Shown piece by piece: positions 39,791 through 51,714 of a stretch of 64,000 nucleotides of DNA. Every line of letters starts with the position of its first letter. Position 1 is the first letter of the stretch. The position numbers were made by a program, and so were the translations under genes. Source of the DNA: Macrostomum lignano (lineage: Eukaryota); NCBI GenBank assembly GCA_002269645.1, contig NIVC01002520.1:62001-126000 (forward strand), written 5' to 3'. The notes under the pieces are model-generated. The model was not told the origin of the DNA. It searched no databases and worked only from the letters and a program-made list of their open reading frames with translations.

Positions 39791-42690
39791 ACAAGCTGTT
39801 GAAACCCGCGGATTTTGAACCCGGGGAACTCTATTTCCCGGAATTATTTTTGCATGTATTCTAAAATCTGAGGTAAAACTTAAACAAAAACTTGTTCCCT
39901 TGTTAATAGTAAGGATAGAGTTAAACATAAAGTAGTGCACATTCATGTAAAATTAGGATTTGAGGCAAACATTGATATTGTTGGCTGGGGTGCTGCGCAG
40001 AATGTCAGGCAAACTCTGGCCTTTACGTACCTCTGCCTCTCCCTATGTCCTTTGCATCCTTTGAAACTTCCATCTTCTTTTCTGTTTCCTATCTTCTCTC
40101 TCGTCTCTTCTTTTTCTCCCCTCTTATCTCTTCTTTCTTCTCTCCTCTCTCGTCTCTTCTCTCGTCTCTTCTCTCATCTCTTCCCTCTCCACTCTATTAT
40201 TTTCTCTCTCTTCTCTCTTCGCTCTGGTCTCTGGTCTCTCATATCTCCTTTCTCCTGTTTTATCTTTTCTCATTTCTCTCTGCTCTCTACTCTCTCTTCC
40301 CTCACCTCTCTTCTCACTCCTTACTCTACCCTCTCTCAACACTTTCCTTATCTCTACTCTCTCCTTTTTCCTCTCTTCTCTCAACTCTTTCCTCTCCTCT
40401 GTCCACTCTCTCCTCTCATCTCTCTGCTCTCTCCTATCCTATCTCTCTTCTCTCTCTTCTCTCCCCTCTTTCCTCTCCTCCCTCGTCCTTTTCACCAATT
40501 TCCCCTGTCCTCTCGATTCTCTCCCTTCCCCTCCTCTCTCCTCACTCACTTCTCATCTCTCCTCTTTTCTCTCTATTCCCCCATCTCTCGTCTTTTCACT
40601 CTCGTTTCTGCTCTCATCTCCCCTCTCTTATCTGTCATCTTTACTCTCATATGTTCTCTCACCTCTCTCCCCTTGTACTCCTCTCTTTCCCCTTTTTGAC
40701 TCAGGAGGACTCGATCCTTTCTTCTTTCTTCTCGTCTCTTCTCTTCTCTCTTCGATACTCTCTCCCTCTCTTGTCTTCTCTCTTCTCTCTCACTCTCCTC
40801 TCTCCTCTCTTATATCGTCTGTTCACTCTCATCTTTGCTCTCTCATTTCCCTCTCTCTTCTGTCATCTCTACTCTCCTCTCTACTGTGTACTCTTCTCTT
40901 TCCCCTCTTCTGACTCCTCTCTTTCCTTACTCCTCTCTTCTCTTCCCTCTTCTATACTCTCTCCCCTCTATTCTCTTTTCTCGTCTCTCCGCACTCTGCT
41001 CTCTCTTCCTTCATCTCTCATCTCTACTCTACTCTCTCATATTTCCTTTCATCTCACTCATCTCTACAATCTCATCTCTTTCCTCTCTCCTCCTCTTCCC
41101 TTTACTCTATCATCTCTCCTTTGTCCTCTCTTCTTTCTCAACTCTCTCTCTCTCTCATCTCTATCTTCTCTCTTCTCACTCGTCTCTCCCCCTTTTATCT
41201 CCTCTCCTCTATCCTTTCTAATCCCCCCTCTCGATACTCTCATCTCCTCTTTGTTCTCTCATCTCACTCTTCTCTACTCTCCTCTCTCATCGATCCTCTG
41301 TCTCATCTCTCCCCTCTTCTCACCTTTACTCTTTCCTCTCCCTCCTTTCTCCCCTCCTCTCGCTTCTTCCTCCCTTCTTCTCTGCTCTCTCCTCACCACT
41401 TGTCTCTCCTCTTATCTTCCATGTTTTCTCTTATCCCCGTCTCTCCTCTCTTCTAATAGTCTATTCCTTCCTTTCCACTCTCATCTGGCCCGCACATAAG
41501 CTGGATTCTTTATCTGGCTTTTGAAGTAAAAGTCTGCCGATCCCTGCTTTGAAAGCCAGTTTGTGGGACGTACTACTCTCATCGTTATTCTCATGCTTTG
41601 ATCACGTCATCTTTCTTGCCAATTTGCAGCCCTGAAAGGAATTTGTGTATCTTCAGCTCCACTGCAGTCTGCATCAGTCTAACAACAAATGAAATACGCA
41701 TTTCTTAGGCCATTTAAATTTCAAAGTACTTTTAAGAGAAACTTAAAATTTCAATGGTGTGCCTAATTTAGTAGGGTTGTATTTCATTGCATCGCATCGC
41801 CTTTTCATAAATCTTTCGCTTTTACAAACCATGCTGGATTCCCTCGATTTGCCAATTGCCATCCAGTGTTAAACTGCTGCAGAGTTTGCCAATACAGAGG
41901 GGAGGGCAGTGGTTAGAATTTCTCACTAAAATGTTGTGGCTAAACGTAGCCTCTCCACTCTCGAGGTGCAGAGAAGGCTATAAATAAAGTTATTCCAAAA
42001 CACTGTACATTTGCTATGTACATTCAGTCCTATCGCCTGACCCTTCGTCTGGGCTGGGGGAATGAGTGAGTGAGAGGCACAAACAACAGAAAAAGCAGAC
42101 AAAATTCACATGCTTTCAGTTTCTGTCCTGATTGAGATACAGAGTTGAGACTTTACATGTAGGCAGAGAATGAGTCAATAAAGAATTGTGTCAAATTTGA
42201 AGTCAATCGCTTCACGTGGAGCAAAACTATGGCAGCCGAAAGTTAGGCATTTTAAAACCTGCTCACACCCTTTGCCCAGATCGGGAAAGAGAGGCAGGCG
42301 GGCGGAGGTTGGGGTGGCTGCCTCGCTGAAAAAAACAGCCTAACTTTAAAAATGCACAGCGGCTTTCAGGATTAACTTTGAGACTTGAAATTTTACACGA
42401 TTGTGTCAAAATAGTTGAAAATTGTCTGTGTCAAATTTGAAGAGAATCGGTAGAAGTGGAGCGGCGCTATGGAGGATTTAGTGAAAAAATCGCGCATTTT
42501 GAGCAGTTTTTTGTACTTTTAGGTAGGAAGACTTGAGTCTAGGAAATTAAAAGGTAGCCTAAGACATTCTCCGTAGTAAGTTTAGGGTGGGTGTAAAGTT
42601 TGGTGTAATTTGGTTGAGCGGTTTGGGAGTCCATAGCGATCAAAATTGTCCACAGACACACACACAGAGTTTTGATTTTTATAGGTAGAG
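39791..42690 (+). mobile_element. 2.9-kb repeat unit A (non-autonomous Helitron-like) with an about 1.45-kb CT-rich tract
   Basis: Starts ACAAGCTGTTGAAACCCGCGG and ends ...TGTCCACAGACACACACAGAGTTTTGATTTTTATAGGTAGAG. Collinear with unit B throughout. A solo copy of the 3' end lies at about 39345-39425. The duplication is certain; the Helitron class is inferred from end structure only. Confidence 0.6.
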
Positions 42691-45561
42691 ACAAGCTGTT
42701 GAAACCCGCGGATTTTGAATCCGGGAACTCCATTCCCCAGAATTATTTTTGCATGTATTCTAAAATCTGAGGTAAAACTCAAACAAAAACTTGTTCCCTT
42801 GTTAATAGTTAGGATAGAGTTAGGATAGAGTTAGGATCATGTAAAATTAGGATTTGAGGCAAACATTGATATTGTTGGCTGGGGTGCTGCGCAGAATGTC
42901 AGGCAAACTCTGGCCTCTACGTACCTCTGCCTCTCCCTATGTCCTTTGCATCCTTTGAAACTTCCATCTTCTTTTCTGTTTCCTATCTTCTCTCTCGTCT
43001 CTTCTCTCTCTCCCTCTTATCTTTTCTTTCTTCTCTCCTCTCTCGTCTCTTCTCTCGTCTCTTCCCTCTCCCCTCTATTCTTTTCTCTCTCTTCTCCTCT
43101 CTTCGCTCTGGTCTCTGGTCTCTCATATCTCCTTTCTACTGTTTTATCTTTTCTCATTTCTCTCTGCTCTCTACTCTGTCTTCACTCTGCTCTCTGCTCT
43201 CTCTTCCCTCACCTCTCTTCTCACTCCTTACTCTACCCTCTCTCAGCACTTTCCTTATCTCTACTCTCTCCTTTTTCCTCTCTTCTCTCAACTCTTTCCT
43301 CTCCTCTGTCCACTCTCTCCTCTCATCTCTCTGCTCTCTCCTATCCTATCTCTCTTCTCTCTCTTCTCTCCCCTCTTTCCTCTCCTCCCTCGTCCTTTTC
43401 ACCAATTTCCCCTGTCCTCTCGATTCTCTCCCTTCCCCTCCTCTCTCCTCACTCACTTCTCATCTCTCCCTTGTCTACACCTCTCATCCCTTATTTCTTA
43501 TCTCTCCTCTTCTCTCTACTCTCCCATCTCTCGTCTGTTCACTCTCGTTTCTGCTCTCTCATCTCCCCTCTCTTATCAGTCATCTTTACTCTCATATGTT
43601 CTCTCACCTCTCTCCTCTTGTACTCCTCTCTTTCCCCTTTTTGACTCAGGAGGACTCGATCCTTTCTTCTTTCTTCTCGTCTCTTCTCTTCTCTCTTCTG
43701 TCATCTCTACTCTCCTCTCTACTGTGTACTCTTCTCTTTCCCCTCTTCTGACTCCTCTCTTTCCTTACTCCTCTATTCTCTTCCCTCTTCTATACTCTCT
43801 CCCCTCTATTCTCTTTTCTCGTCTCTCCGCACTCTGCTCTCTCTTCCTTCATCTCTCATCTCTACTCTACTCTCTCATATTTCCTTTCATCTCACTTATC
43901 TCTACAATCTCATCTCTTTCCTCTCTCCTCCTCTTCCCTTTACTCTATCATCTCTCCTTTGTCCTCTCTTCTTTCTCAACTCTCTCTCTCATCTCTATCT
44001 TCTCTCTTCTCACTCATCTCTCCCCCTCTTATCTCCTTCCCTCTATCCTTTCGAATCCCCCCTCTCGATACTCTCATCCCCTCTTTGTTCTCTCATCTCA
44101 CTCTTCTCTACTCTCCTCTCTCATCGATCCTCTGTCTTATCTCTCCCCTCTTCTCTCTCCATCTTCTCACCTCTACTATTTCCTCTCCCTTCTCTCTCCC
44201 CTCCTCTCGCTTCTTCGTCCCATATTCTCTGCTCTCTCCTCAACCTCCTCGTACGTCTCTCCTGTTATCTTCTATCTTTTCTTTTATCCCCTCTCGCCCC
44301 TCCTCCCTTTCAAATAGTCTATTCCTTTTCTTTTTCACTCTCATCTGGCCCGTAGCCATGAGTTGGATTCTTTATCTGGCCTTTGAGATAAAAATCTGCC
44401 GATCCCTGCTTCGAAAGCCAGTTTGTGGGACGTAGTACTATCGTGGTTGTTATCATTTCTCATGCTTTAATCACGTCATCTTTCTGGCCAATTAGCAGCC
44501 CTGAGAGAAATTTGTATATCTCCAGCTCCACCACCACAGTCTGCAGCAATCTAACAAAAAACAACCATGGAAATACGCATTTCTTAGGAGGCCATTTAAA
44601 TTTTAAAGTACCTTATGCGAATCTTAATGTTAAAATTTTCATGGTGTAAGTGTAACTAATTTAGTAGGATTGCATTGTAATCAGTTATTCATTAATTTTT
44701 CGATATTTTTTACAAACCCCTTGATTTGCCATCCTTGTTTAACTGCTGCAGACTTGTCTATTCAGAGGACAGTGGTTTGAAATTGAATCTCTCGCTAAAC
44801 TCTCTCCTCTCCACGCCTCTCCACTCGCGGGGGTACAGAGAAGGCTATTAAAAAGTTATTCCAAAAGACTGTACATTCGCTATGTACATTGAGCCCTATC
44901 GCCTGATCCTTCGTCTGGGGGAATGAGTTGGATGAGCGGCAAACAACAGAAAAAGCAGACAGATTTCACATGCCTACAGTTTCTGTTCTGATTGAGATAC
45001 AGAGTTGAGACTTTACAATTAGACAGAGAATGAGTCAATAAAGTATTGTGTCAAATTTGAAGTCAATTGCTTCACGTGGAGCAAACTTATGGCAGCCAAA
45101 AGTTAGTCAATTTTGAAACCCCTTTTACACATCTGGGCCCAGATCAGGATCGGGAAAGAGAGGCAGGCGGGCGGAGGTTGGGGTGGTTGCTACGCTGAAA
45201 AAAACAGCCTAACTTTAAAAGTGCACAGCGTCGTTCAGGATTAACTTTAAGACTGGAAATTTTACACGATTGTGCCAAAATAGTTAAAGATTATCTGTGT
45301 CAAATTTGAAGAGGATCGGTAGAAGTGGAGCGGCGCTATGGAGGCTTTAGTAAAAAAATCGCGCATTTTGAGCAGTTTTTTGCACTTTTAGGTAGGAAGA
45401 CTCAAGTTTAGGAAATTTAAAGGTAGCCTAAGACATTCTCCGTAGTGAGTTTAGGGTGGATGTAAAATTTGGTGTCATTTGGTTGAGCGGTTTGGGAGTC
45501 CATAGCGATCAAAATTGTCCACACACACACACACAGAGTTTTGATTTTTATAGGTAGAGAT
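42691..45561 (+). mobile_element. 2.9-kb repeat unit B, head-to-tail with unit A
   Basis: Begins ACAAGCTGTTGAAACCCGCGG immediately after the unit A end and terminates TTTTATAGGTAGAGAT. CT-rich tract at about 42925-44350. Many substitutions and indels versus unit A. Confidence 0.6.
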
Positions 45562-47262
45562 AAGCCTATTTCAAAGGACTTTTGAAATCTCATTAAAGTC
45601 CTTACTAATATGTATTAGACAGGCCTAGTTTTTTTATCCTTTATCTATGACATTGATAAAACTATTAGCCTAGTATATTGATATATATTAATATATATAT
45701 ATATAGGCCTATATATAGCTAAAACATACATGCGCAACAGTTGGCCAAGTCAGCCAATCTAGCTGACCAATTTGGCTGCCAAACAAGGTAAGTTGCAAAA
45801 ATGCCCAATCGAATAAATACCCAAGTAGTAGCCTACTAAGTAGATAATGAGGCATTTTGCCTTAATAAGACAGTCATAGTTACTCCTGCCATTTACCCAA
45901 AGTTGCATTTATTTTGCTTTAGGGTTTGTTTTACATGTAAGTCGCATTTTGGCCAAAAACTATATTGCATTTTTTGTTAAAACTAAGTTGCATGGCTGAC
46001 CAAATTTTAAAAGTTGCATATATATGAGCTAAAATAGGCCTTGGCAATCATGCCTAAAAAAGTAGGTCTAACTAAAATGCATACATAAGATCATAGCATA
46101 GTATTTTACCATTTTCCATTTGCTATATAGTATACAATGCTTTAAATTTAGTTTTCTTTTATTAGCAGATATAATTTAGTATATTTAAAGTTGTTTCCTA
46201 ACTAATTCACTTTAGATCCATTAGCATTATTAGGAAGATAGTATTTTTCATAGAAAAAATGAGTACAAAAATATGTTATTTAATGTGTATTATATGCCAG
46301 GGCATTCCAATATAATAACAGTTAGAAGGAGGGAAATCTGACATACTATAGCATAAAACAAATAATAGTATAATTTGGTACACAACACAAAATTTTAATA
46401 AGACAAAATAGTCTATTATAGTCCTATTTATAGATAGAAAGTTAGTAGTTTGTTGCCAATGTATTAGTGGCTTTTTTAATTAAAATCAGCAATATATTTT
46501 CTTTAAAACAGATTCAAATATAAGTTTTATTGGTATTTTTCAAACTAAGAAAATACTGATTTGTGCATTTTTGTGTTTTATACAGAAATAGTTCTGGCAT
46601 AGTATAAGTAAACATATTTGATGGGAATAGTTTCAGTGCACAGAGCAAACAAACTTTTTTATAGGATTTGTTCCAATGCAGGAATGCCATGATCTTGACT
46701 ATAGGGGCAACAAGGCTAGGCCCCCTAACCTATTAAAAAGATAAAAACAGCATTTTGTCAAAAGTATCCTTAACAAAAGATTAGTAACTAATCATTACAT
46801 TAATATAGCCTAGGTTAATAGGCCTTATTGGCATTAGCATTTCTTTAAAAAAATTTAATATTTGCCAGTTCATTATATTATAGATACCATTATACATACC
46901 ATTGCCAATGAAAACCCACATATTAGTTGACACACCCAATAATTGTTCACTAGGCTATCAGTTATTATCAAACAAATTTCTTATTATTTAGTATTTCAGT
47001 CTTTTCAAAAATTGTAAATATCCTGATTTAAAACTACTATTATTAGTGCTTGTACAACCTGCTAATTACATGTCCATTTATTACCTTTGTTTTGTTTGTT
47101 ATTTTACATGTTTAATTAGCTTTATTTTTGTTATTATTACATACATAGGTTTCATAAAAACCAATTTTGCTGCTGACAATGGCTGATATGATTTATAAAG
47201 CAAGCATAAACAGTGCCTGTATTTTTCATTCTAACTTTGCAGGATAATTGTTAGCAGCAACC

Positions 47263-47946
47263 ATGCGTTACATTGTACTAGTTGCTGGAGGCTCATTCAA
47301 TCCAGTCACTAATATGCACCTGCGCATGTTTGAATTAGCCAGGGATGCTTTAATTAAAACTGGCCAATTCAAAGTCCTTGGCGGTATAGTGTCCCCAGTG
47401 TCTGACGGATATAACAAGCCCAGCTTATTGCCTTCTAAGCATCGGATTGAGATGCTCAAACTGGCTCTGGGCAGAGGCGGCTGTAGCGATGGAATTCCTA
47501 GCAGTTGGATACGGCTGGGCACATGGGAGGCTATTAGATCGCAATGGACTCCAACTAGGAAAGTGTTGGATCATTATCAGCGCAGAATTGATGCAATGCT
47601 GGCTGACACTGATGAGGCTCAGTTGAATGGACCGCCAGATGGAAAGCGGTCAAGAATCGGTGTGTAAAAACCTTCTATCTTTCTAGAAATCGGCAAACTT
47701 TCTTTACCTAGCTAATGTAACAGAAGATTAGAGATGAGAAAAGAGAAATTTGTTAATTTTATGATTTTTTAGATGAAGAATCTGACGAGCTCGCTTGGTT
47801 GCGCAGTCTGGTGGCCAAGCTGCGAGCCAAGGAGAGCCAACCAGATGTCCGCATCATGCTGCTGTGCGGTGGCGACGTGTTGCAGAGCTTCGCTGTGAAA
47901 GGCGTCTGGCAGGAGGAGGACGTGAGTTCTGTTGTGTCTGTCTGTC

Positions 47947-47979
<33 letters not shown>

Positions 47980-48049
47980 GTCTGTCTGTCTGTCTGTCTC
48001 TGTCTGTCTGTCTGTCTCTCTGTCTGTCTGTCTCTCTGTCTGTCTGTCC

Positions 48050-48092
<43 letters not shown>

Positions 48093-48913
48093 GTGTCTGT
48101 CTGTCTGTCTGTGTCTGTCTGTCTGTCCTGTCTGTCTATCTGTCTGTCTGTGTCTGTCTGTCTGTCCTGTCTGTCTGTGTCTGTCTCTGTCTGTCTATCT
48201 GTCTGTCTGTGTCTGTCTGTCTGTCTGTCTGTGTCTGTCTGTCTGTCTGTCTATATATCTATCTATCTATCATGCAGATGGTGTCGATCGTGCGCGATTA
48301 CGGCATGGTGGTGCTGTCTCGGCCCGGCTCCGATCCGCACAGGTTTGTGCACACCTTTGATCTCATCAATCCTTATGAGGTGAGCGATACACTCTAAGCT
48401 ATCTATCTGATTTGATGATTTAGCGATTCTTTCATCCTGTCCCACCCCTATCTATCCTGTCCCACCCCTATCTATCCTGTCCCACCCCTATCTATCCTGT
48501 CCCACCCCTATCTATCCTGTCCCACCCCTATCTATCCTGTCCCACCCCTATCTATCCTGTTCCACCCATATCTATCCTGTCTATCCCCCCTGTGCCTCAA
48601 CCTTATTTTTGGCAAGATATTTACCCAGCGAACGCAAAATTTTGCAGCGCAACATTCGCCTAGTGACCGAGTGGGCAGTGAATGACATCAGCTCAACGCT
48701 GATTCGTCGCACTCTGCAACGCAACGAAAGTGTTCGTTACATGCTACCCGATCCTGTCATAGATTATATCTATCGCAATGGGCTGTACGGAAGTACCGCC
48801 TCTTGGCCTAGGTACGTTGCTTTCTGTTTTATAATATTGAAATTTAATCACTTAAAGCTTAGTAAGTTTTAGTCTGTTCTTTGCCTTTCAGATTGGAAAA
48901 CTTTGCCGACTAA
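47263..48913 (+). CDS. NMNAT: Nicotinamide/nicotinate mononucleotide adenylyltransferase, 5 exons, 277 aa
   Basis: Exons 47263-47659, 47773-47921, 48278-48379, 48648-48811, 48892-48913, with consistent phases. Motifs [24 protein letters not shown]...[42 protein letters not shown]. Confidence 0.95.
47935..48270. repeat. (TCTG)n microsatellite filling NMNAT intron 2
   Basis: Runs from just after the gtgagt donor to just before the catgcag acceptor. Confidence 0.97.
48436..48585. repeat. 20-bp minisatellite, about 7 copies (NMNAT intron 3)
   Basis: TCCTGTCCCACCCCTATCTA repeated. Confidence 0.95.
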
Positions 48914-49184
48914 ATATTGTGTTGTTGCCGATGTTTTGCCTTGTGAATGCCTCACACTAAATAGAGATGTTTTACTGACATAGATGTTACTCAGAATTGA
49001 AGCTTTTTACTTTATATTCATGTAGTTTATGACTGCTTCTTGACAGGCCTTTGGTCAGTTGATTATTATTAAAAATTAATACTTTGATATTTTTAAGTTC
49101 GTCGACTGTTTAAAACTACTTTTGTTTTCTATTTGCATTTCTTTAGATTCTTTGTTTCTGGTTTTATAGTGCTGCTAACATCTG

Positions 49185-49936
49185 TGTTGTGTCATCTAGT
49201 GAGTTGCTACCCTCCTATGTGTGTCACCTAGTGAGTTGCTACCCTCCTATGTGTGACATCTAGTGAGTTTCTACCCTCCTCTGTGTCATCTAGTGAGTTT
49301 CTACTCTCCTCTGTGTGTCATCTAGTGAGTTGCTACCCTCCTCTGTGTGTCATATAGTGATTTTGTACCCTCCTCTGTGTCATCTAGTGAGTTTCTACTC
49401 TCCTCTGTGTGTCATCTAGTGAGTTGCTACCCTCCTCTATGTAATCTAGTGAGTTTCTACCCTCCTCTGTGTGTCATCTAGTGAGTTTCTACTCTCCTCT
49501 GTGTGTCATCTAGTGAGTTTCTACCCTCCTCTATGTCATCTAGTGAGTTTCTACCCTCCTCTGTGTCATCTAGTGAGTTGCTACCCTCCTCTATGTAATC
49601 TAGTGAGTTTCTACCCTCCTCTGTGTGTCATCTAGTGAGTTTCTACCCTCCTCTGTGTGTCATCTAGTGAGTTTCTACCCTCCTCTGTGTGACATCTAGT
49701 GAGTTTCTACCCTCCTCTGTGTCATCTAGTGAGTTTCTACCCTCCTCTGTGTGTCATCTAGTGAGTTTCTACTCTCCTCTGTGTGTCATCTAGTGAGTTG
49801 CTACCCTCCTCTATGTCATCTAGTGAGTTTCTACCCTCCTCTGTGTGTCATCTAGTGAGTTGCTACCCTCCTCTGTGTGTCATCTAGTGAGTTGCTACCC
49901 TCCTCTGTGTGTCATCTAGTGAGTTTCTACCCTCCT
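49185..49936. repeat. 30/32-bp minisatellite, about 23 copies
   Basis: GT(GT)GTCATCTAGTGAGTT(T/G)CTAC(C/T)CTCCTCT units. Confidence 0.95.
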
Positions 49937-50329
49937 GAAATGAGTTTCAATTTTGCTTTGCAATGAAAGTTTTTGCTTAATACCATGACTTTACTTTTGT
50001 ATTTGTTAATTCTTACATCTTTGACCTGTTGTCTTTTAGAGACTTAGTCTAGCTAAAAGTGCAACTCTTGCCTTCTAAGCACCCAAATTTCAAAATTAGG
50101 GCGTTAACTGTAAGTTTCATATTTTGCCAAGCGTTCTGGTGTGCAATTTAATAATAAAATAAGTTGTTTTTGTTCTATCACCAATATATTAGCAGATGAG
50201 CTTTTCTGAAATACATTCTTTTAAGCACAGCCATACTAGGCATGCATAAGAAGAGAGCGTTGCTATTGTCTTTTTCCAATACTTACTTAATCAACTTACT
50301 AATACGTATTCCCAATGCCTGTTTTAATT

Positions 50330-50712
50330 CCTCACTCAAATCCCCACTCAAATCCCTACTCAAATCCCACACTATTTTAAATCCCCACTCAAATCCCACA
50401 CTATTTCAAATCCCCACTCAAATTCCACACTATTTTAAATCCCCACTCAAATGCCCACTCAAATCCCAATTTTTTTTCAAATCCCCACTCAAATCCCACA
50501 CTATTTTAAATCCCCACTCAAATACCACACTATTTTAAATCCCCACTCAAATGCCTACTCAAATCCCAATTTTTTTTTCAAATCCCCACTCAAATCATAC
50601 ACTATTTTAAATCCCCACTCAAATGCCTACTCAAATTCCATTTTTTTTTCAAATCTCTACTTAAATCCCACAGCATTTCGAATCCCCACTCAACTCCCAC
50701 AGCATTTCAAAT
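50330..50712. repeat. AAATCCC-based satellite
   Basis: AAATCCCCACTCAAATCCCACACTATTTT units. Confidence 0.9.
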
Positions 50713-50761
50713 CGTGACCCTGCAAAAAGCCAATCGCCAGCTGTTCCTCCAAAGCCGATCC

Positions 50762-51625
50762 ATGGTGGTGCTACTCCGGTTAATTCAACGCTGCAGCGGC
50801 GGCGGCAGCAGCGGCGGTCGCAGCGGCGACACGGACGCCGACACAGATTTATACGGCCCGGCGGAGGCTGTCCTTTTTGCCATTGGCCAGCCGTTTCGCG
50901 TGTTGCAGACTCTGGCATTGGCTTCTGGGGGAGATTTTTCTGTTGCGGTGTCCTCAGCTCGCCCCGCCTTGTCTGCCCTGGTGCTGACCGGCCTGCCTGT
51001 GGGTCTCCTCTGCGACTGCCTGCTCACAGCCGGCCTGCAGCTCTCCTTGCAGCGGCCGCCCATTCCTACGCGATCTGCTTCGAGAAACCAGCAGCAGCAG
51101 CAGCAACAGCAGCAGCAATCGTTCTTCTCTTTGAACACGGCTCGTCTTCTAGGCTTCAATGCCTACGCCTGTTTGGTGACTCAACCGCTGCGGGTGCTGC
51201 AGCTGCGCCAGCTGCTCAGCCTGACCGCCGGCTCCGCCTCGGTGTCCGTCCTAACCGCCGCTCGCGCCGTCTACGCCGAGAACGGCTGGCGCGGCTTCTT
51301 TGCCGGCTTTGCCGGTCGGGCGCTTCGGCACTGCTCCCTGGTGCTGGCCTTCCTGGCGGCTGCCCGCCTGCGGCGCTGGCTGCTGGCGCGTCGCGCCGTG
51401 GCGCCGCCGAAGCCGCTGGCTGGCGCGCCTAGTAGAGTGGTTTTTCCTTCGGCGGTGTACTGCCTGGCTGGCCAGCTGCTGCACCCGCTGGCGGCCTGGG
51501 AGGTGGCCACAGTGGCCGCGGCGGCGGCCGCCGCTGTACCTTCTGCCGTGTCGCTGTTCCCCCTGTCGTATTCTTGCGCCCCGATGCAATCGGCTGTGCG
51601 TATTTTAGCCGAGATGAGGCGCTAG
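50762..51625 (+). CDS. Divergent mitochondrial-carrier-fold protein (SLC25; MTCH-like), 287 aa ORF
   Basis: GC-rich ORF with three degenerate carrier signatures (QPFRVLQ, QPLRVLQLR, HPLAAWEV) and a clear ARAVYAENGWRGFFAGFAGRAL (EG..GF[FY]xG) motif, plus a poly-Q stretch. The 3' end could have further exons I cannot identify. Confidence 0.7.
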   Translation: MVVLLRLIQRCSGGGSSGGRSGDTDADTDLYGPAEAVLFAIGQPFRVLQTLALASGGDFSVAVSSARPALSALVLTGLPVGLLCDCLLTAGLQLSLQRPPIPTRSASRNQQQQQQQQQQSFFSLNTARLLGFNAYACLVTQPLRVLQLRQLLSLTAGSASVSVLTAARAVYAENGWRGFFAGFAGRALRHCSLVLAFLAAARLRRWLLARRAVAPPKPLAGAPSRVVFPSAVYCLAGQLLHPLAAWEVATVAAAAAAAVPSAVSLFPLSYSCAPMQSAVRILAEMRR

Positions 51626-51714
51626 AGATCTGCGGTGCAGTTTCTGATAAACTAGTAAATGATTGAGAGCTTGGTTTGCCTTCGATTGAAGAGAAAAGCT
51701 TTGTTGCGTCTCCC

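Noticed and set aside
39935-44435. L/S/F/P-rich ORFs up to 484 aa
   Set aside because: Polypyrimidine tracts lack stop codons by composition. The ORFs overlap in several frames and are not preserved between the two duplicated units.
47795-48397. Cys/Leu/Ser/Val-rich ORFs spanning NMNAT intron 2; SIYL-repeat ORFs at 28771-29064 and 31986-32528
   Set aside because: These are translations of (TCTG)n and (GATA)n microsatellites.
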